Assembly: GCA_013239625.1 (NCBI GenBank) | Contig: MU053873.1 | Span: forward strand, 758,524 to 822,523 | DNA length: 64,000 bases | Direction: 5' to 3' | Source: Lama guanicoe | Taxonomy: Eukaryota | Shown: positions 52,600 to 64,000 of the stretch, piece by piece | Numbering within the stretch: position 1 is the stretch's first letter | Layout: each line of letters begins with the position of its first letter | Notes under the pieces: generated by a model | The model's database searches: none | What the model was told of the DNA's origin: nothing | What the model saw: only the letters and a program-made list of their open reading frames with translations | Translations under genes and position numbers: made by a program

Positions 52600-53574
52600 G
52601 TGAGGCTCTGTTCTTGGCCTGGGGGAAGAAAGAAGGGAAAGGAAGCTGAAACTCGGAAACCAGTCTGATTCAAGCAGACTCTGCCAGCTGCTTGTGGTCC
52701 AGGAAGACCTGAGGGTCACCACTGGAGCCCCTAAGACACCCATGGTGCAGATTTGGTTGGGCGCCTTCTCATCTGTAATCTCCCTTAGGCCTTTGAGTTG
52801 CTGCAGATGATAGGTTCTCCTGCAGCATTAGCTACAGCAGTGGGGCAGCTTCAAGCTGGCTGTGGCCCTGGTAGACTTAGCTTTCATTTCTTGGAGCTTT
52901 GGGGCAGGGGCTTTGCATTTTGGCAAATATGATTCAGCTGTCCAGATGCCCTTGTCTCCAAATTTCTGGGGGTCATTCAGATCCCTGTGTCCTGACATTT
53001 CAGCCCTCCCATCCTCTGACTGTGGAGATGTTCCTTGACCACTGATCTGACATTCCTTAAATGGGTCCACTGCAGGGTAGGGGATCTGGGACAGCTGGTC
53101 ACTTCAGCCCAGCCCCTGAGATGTCTTCCTGTGATGGCAGTCTGAGAAATCTCTGCCACAGAGCATTAGTGCAGCATGTTGGAGTGACGGGGTATGGAGA
53201 GGGCTAGTCAAGCAGAGACTTCCTAAGTGTTTTTGTCACAGGAGCCCATTTTGTGGAGCAAGTAGCTGTGAGGTGGGGCAGGCTGGAGCGTTGTCCCACT
53301 GCCCTCAGGTCTTGGCCTGAAAGAGCTCCAAAGATGCTCCTGCTCTCAGAAGCTCTGCTGGCCTTCTGCTCAGTCTAATTCTATCTCCATATGTTCCTGC
53401 CATCCCAAGACCATCATTTTATACTCATTCTCCCACCTGTTACCTGCAGGGTGTTCCCCTATTTTCCTGCTGTTGAAAAGGCAGGTGGACAAGGTGTGAC
53501 TGAGCCCATGTTGGGCATAGATTCTGTTAGAAATGGGTGCAAGGCCCTGCCCACCCGCTCCTCTTCCCACACAG

Positions 53575-53690
53575 CAATCTGCCGAGCGCTGCGTGAGCAC
53601 ACTGCTCGATCTCATCCAGACCAAGGTCAACTATGTGGTCCAGGAAGCCATCGTGGTCATCAAGGACATCTTCCGCAAGTACCCCAACAA
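53575..53690 (+). CDS. AP1B1: AP1B1 exon 10, [38 protein letters not shown](K)
   Basis: cacacag| and |gtacgt; 116 nt. Confidence 0.96.
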
Positions 53691-54011
53691 GTACGTGGCC
53701 GCCCTGCCTGTCAGGGTGATGTGGCTACTGGGGATGGGGATGGCAGACGGGAAAGCAAGGAGCCTCTCCCCTCTTTCTTACTGCTCCGCCCCAAATAGTA
53801 TTCTCAATGGAAACCCTTTGGTTTTTCTTACTTCTCCTGAGTTGCCACTGCTCTGCTCCCAGAGCCAAATAAGTACTAAAATGTAACAGGTAGAACTCAG
53901 ATCCTCTCGAGGTCTTGTGGGGCAGCGGCCTGTCTGTCCCAGCCCCTCCTGGACCTCCCCGGTTGCCTAGGCTCCCTCAGTGCTCACACGCCGGCTGTGC
54001 CCGGTCTCCAG

Positions 54012-54177
54012 GTACGAGAGCGTGATCGCCACACTGTGTGAGAACTTGGACTCCCTGGATGAGCCTGAGGCCCGGGCTGCCATGATCTGGATTGTGGGCG
54101 AGTATGCCGAGAGGATAGATAATGCGGACGAGCTGCTGGAGAGCTTCCTTGAGGGCTTCCATGACGAGAGCACGCAG
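54012..54177 (+). CDS. AP1B1: AP1B1 exon 11, [56 protein letters not shown]
   Basis: tctccag| and |gtgagc; 166 nt. Confidence 0.96.
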
Positions 54178-54658
54178 GTGAGCTGTCGAGCGGGCCGGCT
54201 CGGGGTCGTGACCGGCAGCTCGGGCTTGCTGCAGTCCATCCTGCCCTGAAACCCTCCCCTCAGCCAGCCGACCTTAGGGCCCTGCCCTCCTGAGACTGCA
54301 CTGACAGTGTGGACAGACAGGTAAGTGACGTACAGGTGACAGGTGTAGCCCCCTTTCCTCCCACGCTACAGGACCTAAGGGAACACGTGAGGACAGTCTG
54401 TGATGGTGTACATTGAAGGCAGGCAAGTTTTTGGTTCGTTTTAATTTTGTGTTTACCTTTGGATAGGTAATACATTGAATTGGCTCAAAATTGAAAAGAT
54501 ACAAAAGGACATGTCATGAAAATTCTGTTTCCTACCACTTTCCTGGTTATGAGTTCTCCCACCAGAGAACACCAGTGTTATTTACTGGTTTCTAGGGGAT
54601 ACCTGCAGAGATAGTTTAGGAACACACCAGCCCGGTCCTCCACATAGACATAAATGGT

Positions 54659-55040
54659 CAGTTTTCATCATTTGTGGTACTTACTTCTATGAAGTCACCA
54701 CAAATGCTGACTTGGTAAGTACTAAACCAGCGCTCTCAGCAGAAATAGAGAGTTGTGTTCCTACAAGCCCCTGGTCACAGCATTTTTGTTAGCTGGTCAA
54801 TATATAACCTTGTTTTGTGTGTGTCTCTGTTCAGGGACATTGTGTTCAATATATACCATTGAGTCACTAGCATTGAACTCACGGCCACAGCACTGTAACT
54901 CACGCCCAAACAAAACTTATCTAATGTGTGTTTTCTCCAAAAGGCACATCACAGTCTTCTCACGCTTAGGAACACTAGCCAGCTCTTCGACACTACCCTC
55001 CCAGTGGGTAGTTAGGCGCCCAGCCCTCCTGTGCTTTTAA
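54659..55040. mobile_element. MER82-like TcMar-Tigger DNA transposon fossil
   Basis: CATTGAACTCACGGCCACAGCACTGTAACTCA...AGGCACATCACAG...CGCTTAGGAACACTAG resembles the recalled MER82 consensus. Confidence 0.65.
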
Positions 55041-58000
55041 GCGGCACTACTGTGAATAATGTGCATGAAGCACACCCGCAGGTTCAGCTGGAGGGCAGTC
55101 TTAGGAGCAGGAGCAGCAGGAGACGGCCTGGCCTGCGCGCTGGAGGTTGGGTGGCTGCAAGCAGATTTCAGGGATTACTCTGTTTACACCCCTTTCTCAG
55201 AGGTGGCATAGCGCTCTCCTCACCTCCTTCCAAGCCAAGTGCATCCTCAAACTTTATTTTTGCCAATCAGATCAATAGCAGGCGGGACCTCAGGATAGTT
55301 TTGTTTACATTTTTGTTTCAAGTGGGGTTGAGCATCTTTTCATTTGCATCCCTCTTCCCGTGAACTGTCTGCTCGTGCATGGGGGCCTTTAAAATGTCTG
55401 TGAGCACAGACTTCTTAGCTGCCCAACTGGAGCAGTGGAACCCAGGGGATCAGAGCCTGGACTCTGAATCAGGGACCTTAGAGTCCAGACCCCACGTCTG
55501 CCCCTTGGCTCGGTGACCCTATGCTAACCCTTTGCCTCTCTGAGCCTCGGATTCCTCATTTACCAAATGAGAGTCATAAGACTTTCCCTCATCCTGTGCT
55601 CTGAAAGTTAAGTGGGATGCTTTGTGTAATGTCCCCAACACATGCACAGCCCATAATAAGCACTCATTAATGGTGGTGTTGGTCAGAATTGGTTTAAAAG
55701 CATACTTGCCCAGGCAGAAAAGGGGACTGACACGTTCCTGTAGCTAAGTCCAAGAAGTGCGCTCTCTCCTGCACCCCTGAGTGAAAGGTGCTTGGATGGT
55801 GGCAGCCTCCCTTGGGTGGCATCTCCCTTGGTCAGGCTCCAACCAGTGGGGCCTATGAAGGGTCATTGGTTGCAGGCTGTGTTCTTACCGCTTAGTGGGC
55901 CCTGTAACTGCTTTCGCCTCCGAAGTTCCAGCAGCAGTCCAGGCCTGTTCGCATTACCCTGAGCCAGTCACTGTGTCTTTGGGATGGCCAAGTCTGTCAG
56001 ATGCATATCCAGTCTCCGTGGATTGAGGGGCACAGAGAGGGATGAAGGAAAGCCAGCATTTTTGTTACCAGAAGATTCACTGGATGCTGGGTGGGCAAAA
56101 ACAACAGGTGTCCATCACAAAATAGGAGTAGTAATTCCCACCGATTCCCACTGCCACCTGCCAAGTCCAGCTGCCAGGCTGCCCCAGGGCCGCCTCCACT
56201 TCCACCCACCAGCCTCCCTCCCTTGTCTCTGAGAAGCAAAGCCCCACCTGGGCTGGTTTTGCTCCTGCAATCAAGTCCTGTCGGGTTGGCTGCAGAGGAT
56301 GCCCTCTGGGGGCATTTCTAGCCGTGGCTCCTCCCCTGCTCTGGGTCCTGGAGCGTTAAACCCACTAGGCCCATTTCCTTGTTTCTCATACAGGGTTCTA
56401 GCAAAGCTTATTGGATGGTGTATGTAAACTGTCTGCTCCAGTGCTCAGCAGACAGGAGTTGGGTGGTGATGTTTTAATTAGGTGGCCTGCTTCCTTTGCC
56501 TCCTGGGTTCACAGCAGAGTTCAGAGCTTTTGTAAGATAATAAATTGGAGAACTCATTTTAGATTGTCTCTTTGAGCCCGGTAGTCCTCTCCAGCCATGG
56601 GGCAGGGAGCGCTGTCTGGCCTGTCTGGAGGGCAGGGGCGGTGGCATCTTTGCAGGGGGGCTGCCCTGAACTGGCTCTGGGGTGAGAGAGCCGGGGAGGG
56701 AGCTGAGCGCGGCCTGTTCCCAGGCAGCACAGTGGCTGCCTGGGGTTGGGGAAAACCTGGTAGAGAGTCCCCGAGTGGTGGTTGTGGTGACATTGATGAT
56801 GACAGCTGCTGTGCCCTGGGCAGGGGACACGATAGGTTCTTCACTGACTTCTCCCGTCAACCTGTGAGGTACTACACCCATTTTATAGATGAGGAAACAG
56901 ACTCAGAAGTTATATAACATGTCCGGAGTCACTAGCAGGGAAGCGGTAGATCAGAGTTCAGATGCGGCGTGAGCTAACTCTGGCTCCAAGTAAGGTGCCA
57001 TGAGTTGCCATCTTCACAGCTAACAAGAACCCCCCAAGGTAGGCCCTGCAGCTCCCTCACTGACTGTGGGTAAATGGCTTTTCCTCGGCCACCCTGTCAG
57101 GTCTGGAAGCCAGTCCCTGAGCCGCCTCCTGCCTCGGAAGCGGCCAGCCTGCTCCTCTGCCACTGGCCCGGGTGTCACCAATCGCAGGGACTGTGGATGC
57201 TCAGTCCCCTCAGTCCTGCCTCCCTCTGTCGGCCGCCCCATGTTATCAGGGCAGTTAAGCCATTTGTTTTGTAAGTGCCCTCCTGCTGGACAGGCCCAGG
57301 AGGTGCCATCAGCCCCATTTCCACCCTGCCCAGGCCTGTCCCTGGCACAGTCCAGGCTCAGGAGCCTCAGGCTGTCCTCCTGTCCCAGGGCTGACAAAAA
57401 TGAGACGAGGCTAAGGAAGGGCTATGTACAGAGAATTGTTCTTTCAGAGGAATTTTCCCAGTCAGCAAGTTTTTCTCAAGTGCCTGTTCAGCACAAGGCA
57501 CTGGAATGAACAGTAACCAGGGATGCAGCAGTGACAGGCACAGTCCCTGTCTCTCCATGGGACAGTCCGGTGGCTGGAAAGCATTTCCAGTACCGTGGGG
57601 TAGCGCCAATAAGGGGGTGCAGCAGGCTGCAGAAGCGGGGCGGGGGCAACAGGAAGGACATGCAGGTGACAGCACAGTTCCTCAGCCACCAGCTGGTGGG
57701 CGGGCCCTGCTGACCCGTCCGCTGGGCTCCCTGGCACTCTCTCCACTTGCTGACCAAGGGTCTTTTATAAGTGTATCAGGCACACCACACTTGTTGCCTT
57801 TGTAAGCTGTGAGCTCCTGAAGGCACTATGGGTCCCAGAGCCCTGGCAGATTCTTGGGACCCTGGGGCTGGGCAGCAGCCCCCAGCCTGCCTGGGGTTGC
57901 CAGATAGTACCATGGCCAGCTTCCTGAGTGGTGATGCCAAGGTCCAGGCTACTCAACACTACCAACACCCCTGCTGGCCTTGGCCTGTTTGCCTGGCCAA

Positions 58001-58132
58001 CCCCAAGCCCAGAAAAGTCATTTTCTGCCCTTGAACACCCTTTTTCCTTTTTGAGGTCCTCATTTGGTTTCCTACTGACCCCACGGGAAACTCACACTCC
58101 TTCTTCCCCATCTCCTCTCTGTCTTCCCGCAG

Positions 58133-58231
58133 GTCCAGCTGCAGCTGCTAACAGCCATTGTGAAACTATTTCTGAAGAAACCAACAGAGACCCAGGAGCT
58201 GGTGCAGCAGGTCCTCAGCTTGGCCACTCAG
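58133..58231 (+). CDS. AP1B1: AP1B1 exon 12, VQLQLLTAIVKLFLKKPTETQELVQQVLSLATQ
   Basis: ttcccgcag| and |gtgggt; 99 nt. Confidence 0.96.
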
Positions 58232-58722
58232 GTGGGTACACAGCCTCCCCCCTGTGCCCAGCGCAGCCCCTGCTCCACGGAGGCAGCTTCGGTCCAAGAA
58301 GCCAGACCTGGCTGATCCTGTCCCTAAAACTGGCACCACTGGGGTTTGTCCCCAGAGCAACCCCAGATCCCTTCTCAGGAAGCTCAGTCACAAACAAATC
58401 AAGGTGGAGCAGGGGCAGGTGGTGACACTGAGCCAGACCATAAACGAGGGAGGAGAGAGAAGTGGGTGAGAAGCAGGGAAGGCAGACAGTGGAGAGGGTA
58501 GGACATGGAGACAGGTGGGCTGGCCTGCTCGCAGCCGGGCTGGAGTGGAAACTGGATGGGCTGTGTCTGTTCAAGCAGCTTAGGGACAGGCTCCCAGGAG
58601 TGCTCAGGTTGCTGTCATCAGAGGCCCTGTGATCCTGCCAGTGTCTGGGGACTGCAGGAAGGGCGCTCCCCTTCCTTTCACCTGCTTGTCCTGAGTTTCA
58701 TGGTCTTCTCGTCACCTCCCAG

Positions 58723-58982
58723 GACTCAGATAACCCGGACCTGCGGGACCGCGGCTACATCTACTGGCGCCTGCTCTCCACGGACCCTGTGGCTGCCAAG
58801 GAGGTGGTGCTGGCTGAGAAGCCACTCATCTCTGAGGAGACGGACCTCATCGAGCCCACACTGCTGGACGAGCTCATCTGCTACATTGGCACGCTGGCCT
58901 CTGTCTACCACAAGCCGCCCAGCGCCTTCGTGGAGGGAGGCCGGGGCGTTGTGCACAAGAGCCTGCCGCCCCGCACCGCCTC
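58723..58982 (+). CDS. AP1B1: AP1B1 exon 13, [22 protein letters not shown]...HKSLPPRTA(S)
   Basis: cctcccag| and |gtgagt; 260 nt. Confidence 0.96.
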
Positions 58983-59595
58983 GTGAGTGCAGCGGGCTGG
59001 GTGCTGGACAGAGCCTCCCCCGTCCCTCCGTTCAGGAGCATGGGCACTCAGGCCTCACGTGATGTCCCCGTGAGGCCCAACTCTGAGGAACGTTACAATT
59101 CTAGCGACCTTTCAGTGACTGCTTACTACACACCAGGTGTTGACTAGGGGACAGCAGCTCTGAGAGATGTCCCCACTTAACAGACGGGGACAACAGGCAT
59201 GGAGAGCATCGGTGTCCGGTGCAGCAGAGCTGGGCTCAGGCCCCATTCTGTCTGATTCTAGAGCCCTGTTCTTCACGTCTTCCTCCTGCCACTCTCGGGG
59301 TCATTGGCCTGGTTGTCCAGGCCTCCAGGGACCAGCATCCAGCCTTCTCTTTAGCGTGGGCTGAGTGCTGGGAATACAGACGGCTCTCCCTTCACTCAGC
59401 CCTTGAAGCTGGCTCTTGGAGAGCCGAAAAGATGAATCAGGTGGGGAAGTAGGGAGGAAGGGGGACATAGACTTCTGGGACAGTGAGGAGACCAGGTGCC
59501 TGTCCTGGGGGTGGATCCTGGAGACTGGGAACTCTGGCCTCCCTGAGACAGCATGACCCCCTACCCTGCTGAACCTCTCCCCCGTGTCCTGGCAG

Positions 59596-59797
59596 GAGTG
59601 AGAGCACAGAGAGCCCTGAGACAGCCCCTGCTGGAGCGCCCCCTGGTGAGCAGCTGGATGTCATCCCCACCCAGGGTGACCTGCTGGGCGACCTCCTCAA
59701 CCTGGACCTCGGCCCGCCAGTGAGTGGCCCACCCCTGGCCACCTCCTCGGTCCAGATGGGAGCTGTGGACCTTCTTGGCGGTGGCCTAGATAGCCTG
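59596..59797 (+). CDS. AP1B1: AP1B1 exon 14 (hinge), SSESTESPETAPAGAPPGEQLDVIPTQGDLLGDLLNLDLGPP...GGGLDSL
   Basis: ctggcag| and |gtacgt; 202 nt; encodes the clathrin-box LLNLD at 59693-59707. Confidence 0.95.
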
Positions 59798-60620
59798 GTA
59801 CGTCCCGGGGCCCCCTCTGGGTGAGGTTGATAATAGTCTTCAGAGGAGCGAGCGATCATTGAACACCCTCTCTGCCAGACGTCAACCATGGGTTTCAGGT
59901 ACATTTGCCTTCGATGTGGTCATGTAGCTCTCTACATGTAGGTGAGACGCTGCAGCTTATAGGGGTCATGTCCTTCCCTTTAAGAGCACACAGCTGCTAA
60001 GTGGCAGACACAGGATTTAGCCCCTTGCCTGGCTGCTGAAGCACAAGAGACCTGGGACAGGGTAGGGCCTGTCCTACCCTCTTCCCCCAAGTCCAGCCCC
60101 ACAGGCACCTTGGCCCTGTAAGGCTGGAAGAGCCGTACCTGTGTCCACTCGCCCCGCACCCTGCAGCGGTGGGAGGCTGCAGCCCAGCAGGTCTGAGGGG
60201 CTCATGAGAGATCAGAGCCAGTCTCTCCTCCCCTGTGAAGGGGGTGGTAAGACTAGCCTGGGTGTTGCCCTGGGACTTCTTCGGGCAGCCAGTAGAGCCA
60301 GGTGGAGGAGGCAGCAGGTCCCTTGTCACTTGGCCATGCCTGGCTCAGGTCTCCAAGGCTGCAGCACAGAAAAGGGTAGGAAGGGCTTTGACACAGGACA
60401 GAGATGGTTGAGTGAGGCCCGGAGGTAGAGTCCTACACAGAGACAGACGGTCTGGGCCCCTCTGGCCCCACACAGCCTTGCTCCAGGCCCCTTTTGGGTG
60501 GAGCAGCAGTGACTAATCTTTTCCCTCTTTCCCTCTCTTATCTCTCTGTGTCTTCTTTCTTGACTTTTCTCTCTGCATGTGGCTGCCTGTTCTCTTCACC
60601 CTGCCTGCTTCTGCTTGGAG

Positions 60621-60641
60621 ATGGGGGATGAGCCTGAAGGG
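60621..60641 (+). CDS. AP1B1: AP1B1 21-nt microexon, MGDEPEG
   Basis: ATGGGGGATGAGCCTGAAGGG bounded by ttggag| and |gtacgg; frame-preserving (phase 0/0); matches the hinge peptide recalled for the long AP1B1 isoform. Confidence 0.9.
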
Positions 60642-61260
60642 GTACGGTTCAACCCTTGTGTCACCAAGCCTTCGGCCCTGCTCCTAATCCCCCACCCAAT
60701 ATCCCAAGGGTCGGGTTATGTCAACGCAGTCCCTCCCTGCTAGCCCTGGCCTCTGTCCAGTGTCCTGGAAGCCTCTGCTTTGACTGCCTGGCGTCCAGCT
60801 GCCACCGGGCCCCCATATCCATTAATTCCTCACCCTGTCCTCACTACCCTATGACAAAGTTGCCTTGTCATCCTGAGGCTTGCCGGCCCTCTCAGTCCCC
60901 ACGCCCATCTCTGACATCCTGGAGGGCATGCTCCAGTCTGCTGAGCATAACCCTTCCAAGCAGTGTCTCAGGTACCCCTTTTATCTGTGGGCTGAATGTT
61001 AGTTTGTGGGTGTCACCAGCCCTTTCCCAGAGGTCACCCCAAAGGCTCGAGGCCTGCAGGGTACAGGAGGGCTCAGTCTCTCCTCTCCACCCACCCCACT
61101 CTGTCTTGTTTCTGCGACTTAGAGTTAATATGAATGCAGCCCTGTGGTACCCCCTTCTGCCCTACCCATTTTCTAGAGGGCCAGGTGGCCATACTCATCC
61201 CAGGCCCTTAATGTCCCTGCCTTTGCTATCTGCCTCTGATGCTTTCCCCTTCCTTTCCAG

Positions 61261-61404
61261 ATCGGGGCCCCCAACTTCGTGGCACCCCCAGCAGCAACAG
61301 TACCAGCCAACTTAGGAGCACCCATGGGCAGTGGCCTGAGTGACCTCTTTGACTTGACCAGTGGCGTGGGCACCTTGTCAGGATCATATGTGGCTCCCAA
61401 AGCA
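61261..61404 (+). CDS. AP1B1: AP1B1 exon 16, IGAPNFVAPPAATVPANLGAPMGSGLSDLFDLTSGVGTLSGSYVAPKA
   Basis: cctttccag| and |gtaagt; 144 nt. Confidence 0.95.
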
Positions 61405-64000
61405 GTAAGTACTATGGCTCCTCTCGTGGCAGGAGCAGAGAGAAGTTAGAGGCTGACATGTGGGCTCCTTAAGTGGCCCACCCTGGGGAGTCGGCTCAGG
61501 CCGGCGGGGACGGGCTCCTGGAGCAGCTGTTGGCCAGTGCGATGCCGAGGGCGGCACAGGCTGTGGGAGCCCAGGGAAGGAGTGCTGAGTCAGGAGTGGG
61601 GGCCTGAGGAAGGCTTCCCAGAGGGGCTGTCACTGAAGCTCAGGCCTGCTGAAGTCAAAATTAGTGAGGCAGAAATGGGGAGAGGGCTCCAGGCCTGGGT
61701 TGAGAGAGAGCCTGCACCTTCCAGAAAACTGGTGGAAGTCTCAGCTAGTTGGGTCAGTGGTTCTCGGTGCTGTCTGACCCAATGCCCCTTATTGGTAATA
61801 AGCATTTTATAACACCCTCTCCTTTCCTATTAAATAAGATGTGTGGACTATGTATCCTACCTACACATATAATTTCAAAAATGATAAGATGCTGTCACTG
61901 CGTAAAGGAGACATAAAAGAAAGAGACTAGAATTATGTATTTCAGTGCTGTGAAGGCTTGGGCCCGCCCACCCCAGAAGACCTGATGACGTTGTCGGGTG
62001 TGGGCAGAAGTGCAGAGTCACTTTGATGCCACAGCTACAGGGAGCGTTTGTGGCTCGGGTGTCAGGAGTGGTGTGGCCAGAGGTGCCATTAGTTTCTGAA
62101 ATGGTGACTGACTCCCAGTAACGTTCCAAACAAAACAAAGAATAGGCTTTGCTTGATTTTCACTATCTTTAGTTTCCTGGAAATTTCAGGGCATGTTGAA
62201 ACTATGCAGAAGATACTCAAGGGCTACAGGACAGTGGCTCATTGTGAAGACTGTTGTCCCCAAGACAGCATGTCCAGCATCCCTGACCCTGGCTGGCTAA
62301 ATGCAGTGCCTTCCCCACACTGGGCTGCGTGAAGATGCCCCTCATTGCCCATTGGGCCACCCAGGGCAGCACCCCTTCTCCCCTAACGAGGGCTGATGGC
62401 AGCCCTGAGAAGGAAAGAAGGAAGGGATTTTAAGGGATGGAGATAAGAGGCTGGACTGGAGGTAGGAAGGGCAGGATGTAGGGCTGGTGGGGAGGGGCTT
62501 CTGGTTTGAGCAGTGGGCAAGAGGAGTGCTGTTTGCTGGGTGGGGCGGGGCAAAGGAAGGGAGGCTGAGTCCAGGGTGTGAGAGCACGCAGGCCTGGCAC
62601 AAAAGATAGCACAGCGTAGGCTGTGTCCTCAGCATTGAGCAAGCTGCCTGATCCCCTCGCAAACCCTCGGGTCAGACCCCACATCTGCCTCTTCATTCCC
62701 AACCAGAGTGAGCCTCCCTCTCTTCTGCGGTCCCCTCCCCAGAGCAGGACACAGCGGGGCTTCAGGAGCACAGTGACATCTCCCTCATGACTGGGGAGCT
62801 GTGAGCCAGCACCTGCCCTGGCCTAGCCTCCCCGGGTGTGCCTGCTACCCCTGCAGTGGTAGTAGCCCAAGCCCCCGGGCAGGCCTCCTGGCAGGATCTG
62901 GGCCTGAGGGGCACCCAGCAGATGGCGAGTCTAGTGCTTGCAGCCACAACTTCTGTGCCAGCGACTGCAAGGGCCAGGCACAGCCACCTTCCCACCAAGT
63001 TCTCCCAGCAGCTTATGGTGCTGTTGCAGTTAAGAAAACTGAGTGCTTTTGCCTAAGGTCACGTGGCTGGTAAGTGACAGAGTCTGGAACTGAATGTAGG
63101 ACTGTGGCACCAATGCCTCTGCCCCTGACCCTTACGTGATCACCTCTCAAAGTGTTTGAGAACCTCCATGAGCCTGCCTTAATGTCGTGGGTTGTCAGAA
63201 TCAGCTGGCCTTCTGCTTGTGTGTATTTTAACAGGTATATCCCTGCTTTGTCTTAGTGGAGGGCCAGATGAGTGTACTGACTGGAAGCGGTGAGGGGATC
63301 GCCAGGTTAGGAGTAATCAGGGCATGCTGCCTGGAGGAGGAGTCCTTGCAACATGGACAGGACTGTCTCCCGCTACTGTAGTTACAGGAGAGTTCTGGGA
63401 TGTGGGTGTCTCCAGAAGCAGTAGTTGTGTGGGCCACATTTTCCTCATGGTGCAGTGACTACCTCTGATCATTTGTTGCAAGAGTATTCCCCACCCACCT
63501 GTCATTCTCCATCCCCCTGGTGGAGGTTGGATGAGGCTCTCTGTATAAGAACTTGGAGTTCCTCAAGCATCTGGGCCAGCAGGTGCTGACAGTTCTAGAC
63601 TCTATAAACCTTCAGTGACTGAGAGAGTCAAGGTCCCCATCTTCAGCAGTCATGATGGTCACAGTGCCAGAAAGAGCCAGTTCTGCAAGAACCTGGGAAA
63701 GGAAGCCTGGTGGAGGGGCGGGGAGCAGGGACGTCACCGTGGGAGCCTGAGTGCTGTCTGTGTGCCAAGTCACGGCTCAGAACTAAGGCCATGAGATTCT
63801 GCCCTCATAGATTTGTCTGGGGGAAGCCAAGGATGATCAGGGTTACCAAGTGTGACGGGGTGAGGGTGGGGAAGTCCTTTCCCAGCAGAGGGAACAGTGT
63901 ATGAGAGGGGGCCAGAGGAGCTGGTTCACACTGAGCCTGGGGAGGGCAGGGCACCAGGCCAGGAGGCCATGGGCAGTGGAAGCTTTGCAGGATTGGGGGT

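Larger units (their letters stand above)
26540..64000 (+). other. AP1B1: AP1B1 gene, 5' portion (promoter to intron 16; 3' exons beyond window)
   Basis: 15 coding exons with GT-AG boundaries splice into an open 2163-nt frame recognisable as beta-1 adaptin (trunk plus hinge). N-terminus MTDSKYFTTTKKG and hinge MGDEPEG favour AP1B1 over AP2B1. Confidence 0.97.

Noticed and set aside
60656..61315. 219-aa ORF in intron 15
   Set aside because: Non-ATG start, low-complexity P/S/C-rich product, and out of frame with exon 16.
63510..63523. Additional CTCF-like motifs (also near 24090 and 43870)
   Set aside because: Weaker matches of a kind expected by chance in GC-rich DNA; not supportable without ChIP data.
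61405..64000. Intronic snoRNA (SNORD125 is hosted by human AP1B1)
   Set aside because: No convincing C/D box pair with a terminal stem was seen; the expected host intron is probably downstream of the window.

Overview
This is mammalian genomic DNA, not prokaryotic; the tRNA-derived SINEs resemble the camelid Vic-1 family, suggesting a camelid (inference). The right 37 kb holds the 5' part of AP1B1 (AP-1 adaptor beta-1 subunit) on the + strand: a CpG-island promoter near 26.5-27.1 kb, a non-coding exon 1, and 15 coding exons. These splice with GT-AG boundaries into one uninterrupted frame of 721 codons ([27 protein letters not shown]...SYVAPKA), including a 21-nt MGDEPEG microexon. The gene continues beyond the window. 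The left 26 kb is repeat-rich intergenic DNA with a decayed TBCA processed pseudogene, two orphan CpG-rich elements, strong CTCF motifs, a solo LTR, an L1 with an apparent 3' transduction, a TSD-bounded perfect tandem duplication and a perfect 38-bp inverted duplication. A 119-bp inverted repeat lies in AP1B1 intron 1. I found no evidence of a wholly new biological system. The most interesting signals are the microexon splicing architecture and several retrotransposition or rearrangement scars. Repeat family names come from recalled consensus similarity, not from a database search.
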